DNA of 64,000 nucleotides. Source: a bacterium OM1 bin76 (GTDB lineage Bacteria; Actinomycetota; Acidimicrobiia; Spongiisociales; ZC4RG35). Shown here piece by piece: positions 9,480-18,867 of the stretch (within the stretch, counting starts at the first letter, position 1; the number at the start of each line of letters is the position of its first letter). The notes under the pieces are model-generated. The model saw nothing but the letters and a program-made list of their open reading frames with translations. It was not told the DNA's origin and ran no database searches. Made by a program: the position numbers and the translations under genes. Location: positions 121,038 to 185,037 of the forward strand of contig MPNA01000003.1 of NCBI GenBank assembly GCA_002238785.1. Direction: 5' to 3'.

Positions 9480-10604
9480 ATGAACCCGCCCGACGAGACT
9501 TGGGTCCCCGAGTGGGAGCCGGATGAGGAGACCATCCCCAAGCTGAGGCCGCTTCCGACTGAGGAGGAGTCCCCCACGGAGGAAGGCGAGGACGCCTTGG
9601 CCGACGACGACATGTTTGACAGTCGCACCTCGCAACATCAGGCTTTGGCGGAGGAAGTGATGGAGGCCAATGCCAGAGAACATCGCCAGCAGGCGGTGGC
9701 GGCCGCAATCCCGGGAGTTGACTCGGGCCTTCTGGGCTTTGAGGATGTGACCGGAAGGACCGCAATGGCCACCGAGGAGGTGGAAGCGGCAGAACAAGCC
9801 CACTCCTCGGATCTGGTGAAGCGGTCAATCAGCGCGGTGGTGATGGTTGTGGTGGTGGTGCTCGCTCTCTACCTGGGCGGATCGTGGCTGACCGGATTGA
9901 TCGCCCTGGCCATGTTGGTGGGGTTGGTCGAGTTCTACATGGCTGTCCGTTCGGCTGGATATCGGCCCATGGCGCTCATAGGTTTGTTGGGTTCGCTGGG
10001 GGCGGGCGTTGCTGCCCATATGGCTGGACTGGCGGCGGCCGGAGCGGTCTTGGCGGGGGCAGTCGGTTTGACTCTCCTCTTCTACGTGGCGTCAGGGCGC
10101 CGGATGGCGGTGGAGAACGCCACACTCTCCATCCTGGGAATGATCTGGATCTCACTGCTGTCCTATGGAATCATGGTTGGTCAGGCCACCGATGGGGTGG
10201 TGCTGTTGGTGTGGGTGCTGCTGTTGAACTCGGTGTTCGATACAGGTGCCTATGTGGTGGGTCGGTCGTTTGGCACCCGGCCTCTCTCCCCGTCGTTGTC
10301 GGGCAAGAAGACGGTCCAGGGGTTGGTGGGCGGGATTGTCGGGGCCTTTGCCGTGGCAGCCATACTCTCCACCCTCCCGCAGTTGTCGATTCTCAGGCTC
10401 TTACCGGCTCTGTATCTGGCGGGGGTGGTGTCGATAATGGCTCCGCTGGGAGACGCCGTCGAGTCTGCGGTGAAACGTTCCATGAACATCAAGGACATGA
10501 GTTCTTTCATTCCAGGGCACGGCGGCATTCTTGATCGGATCGACGGGTTGTTGCTCGTTCTGCCGGGCGCCTACTATCTCTTCTCCGTCCTCGACTTGCT
10601 TTAG
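9480..10604 (+). CDS. cdsA: Phosphatidate cytidylyltransferase with an acidic N-terminal extension (~110 aa)
   Basis: Multi-TM; DTGAY..GR.FG, SGKKT, GDAVESAVKR...IKD....PGHGGILDRID. Confidence 0.93.
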   Translation: MNPPDETWVPEWEPDEETIPKLRPLPTEEESPTEEGEDALADDDMFDSRTSQHQALAEEVMEANAREHRQQAVAAAIPGVDSGLLGFEDVTGRTAMATEEVEAAEQAHSSDLVKRSISAVVMVVVVVLALYLGGSWLTGLIALAMLVGLVEFYMAVRSAGYRPMALIGLLGSLGAGVAAHMAGLAAAGAVLAGAVGLTLLFYVASGRRMAVENATLSILGMIWISLLSYGIMVGQATDGVVLLVWVLLLNSVFDTGAYVVGRSFGTRPLSPSLSGKKTVQGLVGGIVGAFAVAAILSTLPQLSILRLLPALYLAGVVSIMAPLGDAVESAVKRSMNIKDMSSFIPGHGGILDRIDGLLLVLPGAYYLFSVLDLL

Positions 10605-10661
10605 GTCCCGTAACTCCCCGCCCTTGGTATGCTCCGCCTTGTCTAGTCGGGAGGTGTTCTG

Positions 10662-11765
10662 ATGGTCGGTGCACTGGTGGTGGTGCTGGGCATCATCTTC
10701 TTTGTAACCGTTCACGAACTGGGGCACTTCTTGGCCGCCCGCGCCACCGGAATGAAAGCCACCGAGATGTTTTTCGGGTTCGGGCCCAGGCTTTGGTCGG
10801 TCAAAAGGGGAGAAACCGAATACGGGTTCCGTCTGCTCCCTTTCGGGGGTTTCGTCAAGATCGCCGGCATGGGGCCCTTCGGCGACGACGAGATCAGTCC
10901 GGAGCGGTCCTACCAGCACAAGAAGACCTGGCAGAAGATAACCGTGGCGCTGAGCGGAGTGGCGTTGAACTTCCTGATGGCCTTCGTGATCATGGTGGGA
11001 CTCTTCATCTTCGATGGGGTCTCCGACTTCACCAACCGGGTGATGTTGGTGGTGGGGGAGATGGCAGACGGGACGCCGACGCCGGCCCGGTTGGCCGGCA
11101 TCCAAGCAGGGGACGTGATCCTGGAAATCGACGGGGTTCCGACTGAACGGTGGGAACACACCGCGACGCTGTTGAGAGACCGGCCCGATCAACCGGTTTC
11201 GATAATCCTGAGCCGGGATGGTCGGATCGTGGAGGTGGAACCGGTCCTCGCTTCCCGCGTTGAGGGAGACGGGCCAAGGCAGGGTTTCCTGGGGATCGGA
11301 CCGGCCTTGGAGAGCAGAACGCTGGGACTGTGGGAGGCCATGGTCACCGCTGCCGATGACATAGCAGAGGCGGTTACTTTGACTTTCAGAGCGGTAGGAC
11401 AGTTGGTGAGCCCCTCCTCGCTTGCAGAGTTGGCGGGTGGAATGTTCGGAGGAGAGGTCTCGGTGGACAACCGCCCGGTCAGCCCGATCGGGTTGGCGAA
11501 CATCGGCGCCCAGATCAGTGAGAGCGGGGTGGCCAATGTGGTGAGGTTGTTAGCATATCTGAATGTTGTCCTGGGTGTCTTCAACATGATTCCTGCATAT
11601 CCACTGGACGGGGGCCATGTGGCGGTGGCTCTTTACGAGAAGGTGTTCCGCAGGCGCGCCCGGCCCAGGGTGCTGATTTCCATTGCTGCGGTGGTGACTG
11701 TGTTGGTGATCTTCTTGGGAGTGGCGGCCTTGGTGTTAGATGTGATCAACCCCATCAGCCTGTGA
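10662..11765 (+). CDS. rseP: RseP/Rip1 family M50 intramembrane zinc metalloprotease with PDZ domain
   Basis: HELGH, FFGFGP, PA..AGIQAGDVI (PDZ), NMIPAYPLDGG. Confidence 0.92.
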   Translation: MVGALVVVLGIIFFVTVHELGHFLAARATGMKATEMFFGFGPRLWSVKRGETEYGFRLLPFGGFVKIAGMGPFGDDEISPERSYQHKKTWQKITVALSGVALNFLMAFVIMVGLFIFDGVSDFTNRVMLVVGEMADGTPTPARLAGIQAGDVILEIDGVPTERWEHTATLLRDRPDQPVSIILSRDGRIVEVEPVLASRVEGDGPRQGFLGIGPALESRTLGLWEAMVTAADDIAEAVTLTFRAVGQLVSPSSLAELAGGMFGGEVSVDNRPVSPIGLANIGAQISESGVANVVRLLAYLNVVLGVFNMIPAYPLDGGHVAVALYEKVFRRRARPRVLISIAAVVTVLVIFLGVAALVLDVINPISL

Positions 11766-12997
11766 GAGACGCCCGGCTCTTCAAACGTCCCAGGAGGCAG
11801 ACCCGCCCTGTCATGGTAGGAGCGGTGAAGGTGGGCGGTGACGCACCGATAAGCGTCCAGTCCATGACCACCACCAAGACCCATGACGTGGACGGCACAC
11901 TCGCTCAGGTGTATGCTCTGGCGGCAGCGGGGGCCGACCTGGTCAGAATCACTTGTAACACCGTGGAGGCCGCCCAAGGCCTGGCGGAGATCGTTCCCCG
12001 CAGTCCGGTGCCGATCATCGCCGACATTCACTTCCAATACCGACTGGCCTTGGCCGCCTTGGAAAGCGGTGTCTGCGGGTTGCGCCTGAATCCGGGCAAC
12101 ATTCGGCGTCCCAGCCACATCAAGGAGGTGGCGCGGGCCGCTCGTGAGAAGCAGGTCCCGATCCGGGTGGGAGTCAACGCCGGGTCCTTGGACAAGGACA
12201 TACTCAACCGTCATGGTGACGCAACTCCGGAGGCGCTGTTGGAGTCGGCGCTGTTGGAAATCAAGTACCTGGAGGAAGTCGGCTTCTACGACATCAAGAT
12301 ATCGGTTAAGCATTCTCATGTGCCCACCATGATCGAGTCCTACCGGCTGTTGTCGGAGGAGGTGGATTACCCGCTTCACCTGGGAGTGACCGAGGCAGGT
12401 CCCCCACCGGGCGGGTTGATCAAGTCGGTGGCGGGAATCGCCACGTTGCTGATGGAAGGAATCGGGGACACCATCCGGTTCTCGCTCACCGCCGATCCCG
12501 TCATCGAAGCGGAGTCGGGTCGGCGTTTGCTGGAGTATCTGGACCTCCGGGAGCGCCGGAGCCTCGATCTGATCGCTTGCCCATCCTGCGGGCGGGCGGA
12601 GGTGGATGTCATCGAAGTGGCCCAAGTCGCCCAAGAGGCACTGGAATCTGAGAATCTCCCGATCCAGGTGGCAGTCATGGGGTGTGTTGTGAACGGTCCG
12701 GGAGAAGCCCGGTCTGCCGATTTGGGGATCGCGGCCGGCCGAGGCCGGGGGCACCTGTTCATCAAGGGCAAGGTGGTGAGGGTGGTACCGGAGTCGCAGA
12801 TGGTGGAGGCCTTGGTTGAGGAGGGCCGCCGCTTGGTTGAGGAGGGGGTTGATGCTCGCCTGGCGGCGGCGGACGGCACTGCCGCAGCCCAGGCGGAGGC
12901 CGACCGGCGCCAGTTGCTGGAGATACGTCCCGATGCCAATTCGGCCGAACAACGCCGTCAGCAGGTGGCTGTAGTGGCACAGGGGAAGCGCCTGTAG
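11762..12997 (+). CDS. ispG: (E)-4-hydroxy-3-methylbut-2-enyl-diphosphate synthase
   Basis: PISVQSMT, IADIHF, RLNPGNI, HLGVTEAG, IACPSCGR, AVMGCVVNGPGEA. Confidence 0.97.
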   Translation: MRDARLFKRPRRQTRPVMVGAVKVGGDAPISVQSMTTTKTHDVDGTLAQVYALAAAGADLVRITCNTVEAAQGLAEIVPRSPVPIIADIHFQYRLALAALESGVCGLRLNPGNIRRPSHIKEVARAAREKQVPIRVGVNAGSLDKDILNRHGDATPEALLESALLEIKYLEEVGFYDIKISVKHSHVPTMIESYRLLSEEVDYPLHLGVTEAGPPPGGLIKSVAGIATLLMEGIGDTIRFSLTADPVIEAESGRRLLEYLDLRERRSLDLIACPSCGRAEVDVIEVAQVAQEALESENLPIQVAVMGCVVNGPGEARSADLGIAAGRGRGHLFIKGKVVRVVPESQMVEALVEEGRRLVEEGVDARLAAADGTAAAQAEADRRQLLEIRPDANSAEQRRQQVAVVAQGKRL

Positions 12998-13032
12998 ACT
13001 CTCGGGGCGGCAAACCTCAAGGAGCAAAAGAT

Positions 13033-13809
13033 TTGAGCTCGGGGATTTCGGGCAAGGTAGCGATAGTCACCGGTGCAAGCCGGGGAATCGGTCTGGCGGT
13101 CGCCGCCGAATTGTTGGACCGGGGGGCAGCGGGAGTGACGATCACCTCTCGGCGGGCTGACAACTTGTCCGAGGCGGTGTCACAATTGGTGGAGGGTGGA
13201 AGAGACAAGAGCAGGATTCTTCCGGTCGTGGCCCGGGCCGATGACGACCAGCACGCCGTCCGGGCCGTGGATGAAACCATCCAGCACTACGGGAGTTGTG
13301 ACATTCTGGTGAACAATGCCGGAACCAATCCCGGAGCCGGCGATCTGATGACGGTATCGCAGGGGGCGGTGGACAAGACCTGGGCCGTCAACCAGCGCGC
13401 CCCTCTGGTGTGGACCAGGGCGGCATGGACTCCGTGGATGGCCGATCACGGCGGCTGTGTGGTAAACGTAGCCTCTATCGGTGGGGTCCGGCCCACCCCC
13501 ATCCTGGGCGCCTACAACATCTCCAAGGCAGCCATGATCTACATGACCCACCAACTTGCCATGGAACTCGCTCCCCGGGTGCGAGTGAACGCGGTGGCCC
13601 CGGCGGTGATCAAGACCCGGCTGTCCGCACTGCTGTGGCAATCGGATCCCGAGGGGACCGCCCGTCGTCACCCCATGCAAAGGCTGGGTGAGCCCGAGGA
13701 CGTGGCGCAAGCGGTGGCCTTTCTCTGTTCGAAGGAGGCTTCCTGGATCACGGGAGTGATCCTTCCGGTGGATGGAGGAATGTTGGGAGCCTCTCCCGGG
13801 ATGGGATGA
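13033..13809 (+). CDS. Short-chain dehydrogenase/reductase (SDR)
   Basis: TGASRGIG, LVNNAG, YNISK, RVNAVAP; TTG start with AAGGAG RBS. Confidence 0.92.
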   Translation: MSSGISGKVAIVTGASRGIGLAVAAELLDRGAAGVTITSRRADNLSEAVSQLVEGGRDKSRILPVVARADDDQHAVRAVDETIQHYGSCDILVNNAGTNPGAGDLMTVSQGAVDKTWAVNQRAPLVWTRAAWTPWMADHGGCVVNVASIGGVRPTPILGAYNISKAAMIYMTHQLAMELAPRVRVNAVAPAVIKTRLSALLWQSDPEGTARRHPMQRLGEPEDVAQAVAFLCSKEASWITGVILPVDGGMLGASPGMG

Positions 13810-14972
13810 TGGCTCATCCTGCATTCGACCCGGATCTGGCTCTCTCCTATCTCGAGGGCCGCCGGTCCGCGGTCCCTCTGCTTTCCGAAGCGGCGAGACT
13901 GCGAGACGAGGGGAAAGGCAGGACCATCACCTACAGCCGCAAGGTCTTCATTCCGCTGACGACGCTGTGTCGAGATTCTTGCACCTACTGCACCTTCGCC
14001 CAGCCCCCGGGAGGAGGTGGGATGTTCATGCCTCCCGACCAGGTGCTGGCGGTGGCTCAGGCAGGGGAGGCGCACCACTGTACCGAGGCGCTGTTCACCC
14101 TGGGTGACCGGCCTGAAGAGCGCTGGCCGGCGGCGCGGGCATTCCTGGATGAGCAAGGTTGCGAGACCACCATCGAATACACCGTACGGATGTCGGAGAT
14201 GGTCAACCGGGAGACTGCCCTCTTCCCGCACGCCAACCCGGGGGTCATGACCCTGGCCCAGATGCAAGACCTTCGTCCTTCGAATCCCTCCATGGGCTTG
14301 ATGTTGGAGAACATCTCCCCCCGGCTCACCGAACCGGGCATGCCTCATCACAACTGTCCCGACAAGGTCCCTTCCGTGCGGGTGAAGGTCATCGAAGATG
14401 CGGGGCGTCTGCGGATTCCCTTCACAACCGGTATCTTGGTGGGAATAGGGGAGAATTCTCAGGAGATAGTCGACTCCCTGGTGGCCTTGGCTTCGCTGGC
14501 TGAAGCGGGGGGCCACATCCAAGAGGTGATCATCCAGAATTTTCGAGCCAAGTACAACACACCCATGCGGCTGAATGCCGAACCGATACCGTCTTGGTTC
14601 ATGCGGGTGGTGGCCCTGGCCCGATGGATAATGGGGCCAGAGATGAACATCCAGGTGCCCCCCAATCTCACCGAGCGTTACGAGATGTATCTTGAGGCGG
14701 GCATCAATGACTGGGGCGGGGTCTCCCCGCTGACCATCGACTGGGTCAACCCGGAGGCCCCGTGGCCTCACTTGGAGGCCCTGCGTCGACGCACGGAATC
14801 AGCCGGCTTCCGGTTGCTTCCTCGGTTGCCGGTCTATCCTTCCTTTTTGTCCGACCGGTGGATTGATACGACTCTGCTGCCCAAGGCTTTGGATGCGGTC
14901 GATTCACAGGGATTTGCCCGATCGCCTCAGGACGAGTTGGGCGCCCGTGCGGTGGGACTAGGTGTTTCGTGA
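13806..14972 (+). CDS. cofG: FO synthase subunit CofG (radical SAM)
   Basis: ITYSRKVFIPLTTLCRDSCTYCTF, PHANPG, FTTGILVGIGE, QEVIIQNFRAK, AGINDWGGVSP. Confidence 0.94.
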   Translation: MMAHPAFDPDLALSYLEGRRSAVPLLSEAARLRDEGKGRTITYSRKVFIPLTTLCRDSCTYCTFAQPPGGGGMFMPPDQVLAVAQAGEAHHCTEALFTLGDRPEERWPAARAFLDEQGCETTIEYTVRMSEMVNRETALFPHANPGVMTLAQMQDLRPSNPSMGLMLENISPRLTEPGMPHHNCPDKVPSVRVKVIEDAGRLRIPFTTGILVGIGENSQEIVDSLVALASLAEAGGHIQEVIIQNFRAKYNTPMRLNAEPIPSWFMRVVALARWIMGPEMNIQVPPNLTERYEMYLEAGINDWGGVSPLTIDWVNPEAPWPHLEALRRRTESAGFRLLPRLPVYPSFLSDRWIDTTLLPKALDAVDSQGFARSPQDELGARAVGLGVS

Positions 14973-15000
14973 GCGGACCTGCCGGGGGTAGCAAGAAGAC

Positions 15001-16875
15001 ATGACGTTGAGAACATCGGAGATCATCACTTTCTTGCGGACGCGACCTGCGGAGGCGGCCACCGATGCGGTGGCCGAGGCTCGTTCGCGGGAGGGGACTA
15101 CCACCTTGGAGATGGATGCTCCGGACACGGTCGATCTTCGATCCGCCCACAAGGCAGGGCTTATGGTTGCGGCTCGCCACGCCGAGCCATCGGAGGCGGC
15201 CCTGATCGTCGACCCGTCCGAAGCGCTGCGTCTGGCCAAGTCGAAGGTTCCAGGATGGTTGATAACCGTCACTCATGGCGGGACCGATGAGATGGTGCTG
15301 GATGCTCTGGCCAGAAGCGAGGCTGTCTACTTGCGCACGGCCAGAAGCGAAGTGGGGGAAGCGGCCGCTCTGTGTGGTTTGCCGGCGGTGCCGGCGGGGG
15401 TGTCGGTCTTTGTCGACGATGTAGAACAGGCGGCGGCTGCGGTCTCCGAAGGAGCGCAGGACCTATTGCTTCGCGACTGGGATGCCGAAGCCATCGGGGA
15501 GTTGCGTCAACATCTGGCGCCGTCTTCCCTGGTGGAGAGAACTGCCCTACCGCCCGGTTTGGAAATCGACACCGTACGGGGAGCCTTGTCCAGGAGTGCC
15601 TTTCGCGCTTGGCTTCAGCAAGTAGACGCTTCGGGCGCTGCTCGTCCCCGGTACCGGTGGGCCCCCGGACGGGCGGAGGCGGCGCCTGTTCCGGCCCAGC
15701 GGTTCTCGGCGCAGTGGCCCGATTACCTGTGGGTTGGGTCGTCGGGTCCTCCTGAATTGGAGGGCGCGGGAGATTTGCGTGATGTTCTGGAACGCTCGCT
15801 TGACGGATCACGTCCCACCGTGGCGGAGACCGAGGCTCTGTTCGGGGCGGTCGGCGATCAAGTTGAGGCGGTGGCGTGGACGGCCGACCAACTCCGCAGG
15901 CGGGCGGTGGGAGATCTGGTCACCTATGTGATCAACAGGAACATCAACTACACAAACATGTGCTACTTCCGGTGCGGTTTCTGCGCCTTCTCCAAGGGAC
16001 CCCGCAGCCTCAACCTGAGGGGCGACCCCTATTTGATGTCCATCGCCGACATTGTGGGGAGGGCGAGGGAGGCTTGGAATCGTGGGGCCACCGAGGTGAC
16101 CCTTCAGGGGGGTATCCACCCGGAATTCACCGGCGACTTCTACGTGGCGGTGACCCGGGCGATCAAGGCCGAATTGCCCGACATGCACATCCATGGATTC
16201 ACCCCGTTGGAGGTCTGGCAGGGGGCGGAGACCTCGGGATCCACGGTTAGGGACTTTCTGATCCGTCTCAAGGATGCCGGGCTCGGGACGCTTCCCGGCA
16301 CCGCCGCTGAGATTCTGGATGACGACGTCCGGAGGTTCCTGTGCCCGGATAAGATCCGTACTTCCCAGTGGGCGCAGGTGATGTTGATCGCCCATGAACT
16401 CGGGTTGAAGTCCACTGCCACCATCATGTTCGGGCACATCGACCATCACCGCTCCTGGGCCAACCACCTGGAGGTGATCCGGCAAATACAACATCGCACG
16501 GGGGGCTTCACGGAATTGGTGCCCCTCCCCTTCGTCCACATGGGCGCTCCGATCTGGTTGAACGGCAAGGCTCGGCCCGGTCCCACCTGGGACGAGGTGG
16601 TGTTGATCCATGCGGTGGGACGTATCGCCCTGGACGGCCTGGTGCCGAACATCCAAGCCTCATGGGTGAAACTCGGGTTGGACGGCGCCGGTCGTCTCCT
16701 GGATGCGGGGTGCAACGACCTCGGCGGCACCCTGATGGGAGAGATAATCACCCGTTCGGCCGGCGCTGCTCACGGGCAGGAGATGGAACCCGAGGAATTC
16801 GAGAGGACCATAACGGCTATGGGTCGCAGGCCGGGTCGAAGGGACACCGAGTATCGTCTCGGGCTGATTGCTTAG
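15001..16875 (+). CDS. cofH: FO synthase subunit CofH (radical SAM) with a ~250-aa N-terminal extra domain
   Basis: VINRNINYTNMCYFRCGFCAFSK, QGGIHP, PGTAAEILDD, IQASWVKLG, NDLGGTLM. Confidence 0.92.
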   Translation: MTLRTSEIITFLRTRPAEAATDAVAEARSREGTTTLEMDAPDTVDLRSAHKAGLMVAARHAEPSEAALIVDPSEALRLAKSKVPGWLITVTHGGTDEMVLDALARSEAVYLRTARSEVGEAAALCGLPAVPAGVSVFVDDVEQAAAAVSEGAQDLLLRDWDAEAIGELRQHLAPSSLVERTALPPGLEIDTVRGALSRSAFRAWLQQVDASGAARPRYRWAPGRAEAAPVPAQRFSAQWPDYLWVGSSGPPELEGAGDLRDVLERSLDGSRPTVAETEALFGAVGDQVEAVAWTADQLRRRAVGDLVTYVINRNINYTNMCYFRCGFCAFSKGPRSLNLRGDPYLMSIADIVGRAREAWNRGATEVTLQGGIHPEFTGDFYVAVTRAIKAELPDMHIHGFTPLEVWQGAETSGSTVRDFLIRLKDAGLGTLPGTAAEILDDDVRRFLCPDKIRTSQWAQVMLIAHELGLKSTATIMFGHIDHHRSWANHLEVIRQIQHRTGGFTELVPLPFVHMGAPIWLNGKARPGPTWDEVVLIHAVGRIALDGLVPNIQASWVKLGLDGAGRLLDAGCNDLGGTLMGEIITRSAGAAHGQEMEPEEFERTITAMGRRPGRRDTEYRLGLIA

Positions 16876-16887
16876 AAGCGGGGAAAC

Positions 16888-17445
16888 GTGGGTTCGTACT
16901 ACCAGAGCATTCCCAACCATCTGGCTACCTGGATAGAGGATCAGCCGATGTTCTTCGTGGCGACCGCCCCGTCGGGTGAAGTGGGGCACATCAACCTCTC
17001 CCCCAAGGGTCTGGATACTTTCCGGATAGTCGATTCCCGGACGGTGGCTTATCTCGATCTGGTAGGCAGCGGAGCGGAGACCATTGCCCATCTGCGACAG
17101 AATGGGCGGATCGTGGTGATGTTCTGTGGATTCGATCAACCCCGGCGGATTCTGCGAATCTGGGGAGAAGGCAGTGTTCTGTATCCGGGATCGCAGGGAC
17201 ACTCGGATCTGGCATTGACCTTCCCGGACATTCCGGGTTCGCGATCGATCATCCGGGTGGACGTTCAGAAGGTTGGCACTTCCTGCGGAGGCGGGGTGCC
17301 CCTGATGGAGATGGTTTCCCAGAGGGACTTTCTACCCGTCTGGGCAGAGAAGAAGGGACCCGATGCGATGTGGGAGTACCAGAAGAAGCACAACACCCAC
17401 AGCCTCGACGGCCTCCCCGCCATGGATTTTCCCGCCGGTCCCTGA
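16888..17445 (+). CDS. Pyridoxamine 5'-phosphate oxidase-like FMN-binding split-barrel protein
   Basis: MFFVATAP, NLSPKG, YLDL.GSG.ETIAHL..NGRI..MFC.F, TSCG..VP. Confidence 0.87.
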   Translation: MGSYYQSIPNHLATWIEDQPMFFVATAPSGEVGHINLSPKGLDTFRIVDSRTVAYLDLVGSGAETIAHLRQNGRIVVMFCGFDQPRRILRIWGEGSVLYPGSQGHSDLALTFPDIPGSRSIIRVDVQKVGTSCGGGVPLMEMVSQRDFLPVWAEKKGPDAMWEYQKKHNTHSLDGLPAMDFPAGP

Positions 17446-17573
17446 ATCCGACGCGGTGGTCTGAGTCGCAGCGTGTGGATGGTGTCCCACTGGTCCTGCG
17501 TCTTCTCACTTGCGAGATGACTGGAAGGTCCCGTCGGCCGGTTGTGCGGCCCATCTGAAAAGGGTTGTTGGCT

Positions 17574-18440
17574 TCACACCACGTATTGAACGCCCGTTTC
17601 CCCGATGCGTTTTAAGATCACCGCCACTGCTTGAGGGTTGTTGTCGATCATCACGAACCGGCGGTTGAGTTGCTGCGCCACGGCACCCGTGGTTCCGGAT
17701 CCGGCGAAGAAGTCCAACACCCGATCTCCTTGCTGCGATGATGCCATCACAATCCTCCGCAGGATGCCTTCCGGCTTTTGCGTTGCATAGCCGGTCTTCT
17801 CTCTCCCGTTGGTGGCCACGATGGTGTGCCACCACACATCGGTGGGGAGTTTGCCCCGAGCTGCCTTCTCCTTGGAGACCAGACCGGGCGCCATGTAGGG
17901 GATCCTCTCGATGGCCCCCTGGTCGAAGAAGTACTGGTTGGGATCTTTGGCATAGACCAAGATGGTGTCATGCTTGGCGGGCCATCGTCTCGTGGAACGA
18001 CCGCCGAAATCGTAGGCCCAGATGATCTCATTGATAAAACACTCTCGTCCAAAGATCTGATCCAGCAGGATCTTGCAGTAATGGGCCTCCCGGTAGTCGA
18101 TGTGGAAGTACAGGGTCCCATCGGCGGTGAGCAGCCGGTGGGCCTGTTGCAGGCGGGGCTCGATGAAGTCAAGGTAGTCGTCGAAGACGTCAACAAATGA
18201 CGTTGAGCCCAGCCGGACGGTCCGATAGCGACGGCCCCCGAACCCGGTGCGGTCACCCTGCTCGCTGCGGGCGGTCTTCAGGGTGCTTTTTCGCTGCACC
18301 TTTCCACTGTTGAAGGGTGGGTCGATGTAGATGAGCCGAAAGGACTCGCCGCGTAGCCGGGGCAGGATCTCCGAGTTGTCGGCGCAGAACACCCAGTTGG
18401 GGTGTTCTTCCAGGTCGATGGGCCGGTGGTCGATAATCAT
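17574..18440 (-). CDS. Site-specific DNA methyltransferase (N4/N6 amino-MTase, beta-class motif order)
   Basis: LIYIDPPFN (motif IV) precedes VLDFFAGSGTT (motif I); TGYATQKP; start set to ATG 18440. Confidence 0.92.
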   Translation of the reverse strand: MIIDHRPIDLEEHPNWVFCADNSEILPRLRGESFRLIYIDPPFNSGKVQRKSTLKTARSEQGDRTGFGGRRYRTVRLGSTSFVDVFDDYLDFIEPRLQQAHRLLTADGTLYFHIDYREAHYCKILLDQIFGRECFINEIIWAYDFGGRSTRRWPAKHDTILVYAKDPNQYFFDQGAIERIPYMAPGLVSKEKAARGKLPTDVWWHTIVATNGREKTGYATQKPEGILRRIVMASSQQGDRVLDFFAGSGTTGAVAQQLNRRFVMIDNNPQAVAVILKRIGETGVQYVV

Positions 18441-18867
18441 GTTGAAAATAGTGGGACGGAGGTCCGCAAGTTGACTTTCCAGGGTCGGGTGGTTCCAACA
18501 TCCCGGGGGTCGCGAAGAAACCCCGGCTGATTGGAGTCGTTTTGTCTCACCCCCAATGCATACTGATATCCAGCTAAAGACACCTGTTAGGGTTCGATTG
18601 GACGTCGTCGGGCCAAGCCAGGGATCATAGGAATCGATACGCCTCTTGGGGCTAACCCAACGCGTCTTGATCAACGGCACGGTGGAGGCGGGGGTGGGCC
18701 CAGTGGTTGAAATGAGGCCCTCTGATTTCACAAGTTAGAGTCGTGTTTCGCGACAACAGCGGAATGGGGGAGCTAGCGAGGAGGGGTTTGGCGAACGAGG
18801 AGTGGCGTCGCCCTCCTAGTCTCCCTGGGGAATTGTCCGAATCCAGCTGACTGCTTAGGAGACCGTC

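Noticed and set aside
18700-18715. GTGGTTGAAA, reminiscent of the raiA motif RNA 5' region
   Set aside because: The downstream conserved segments I would expect are not visible; a 10-nt match is insufficient
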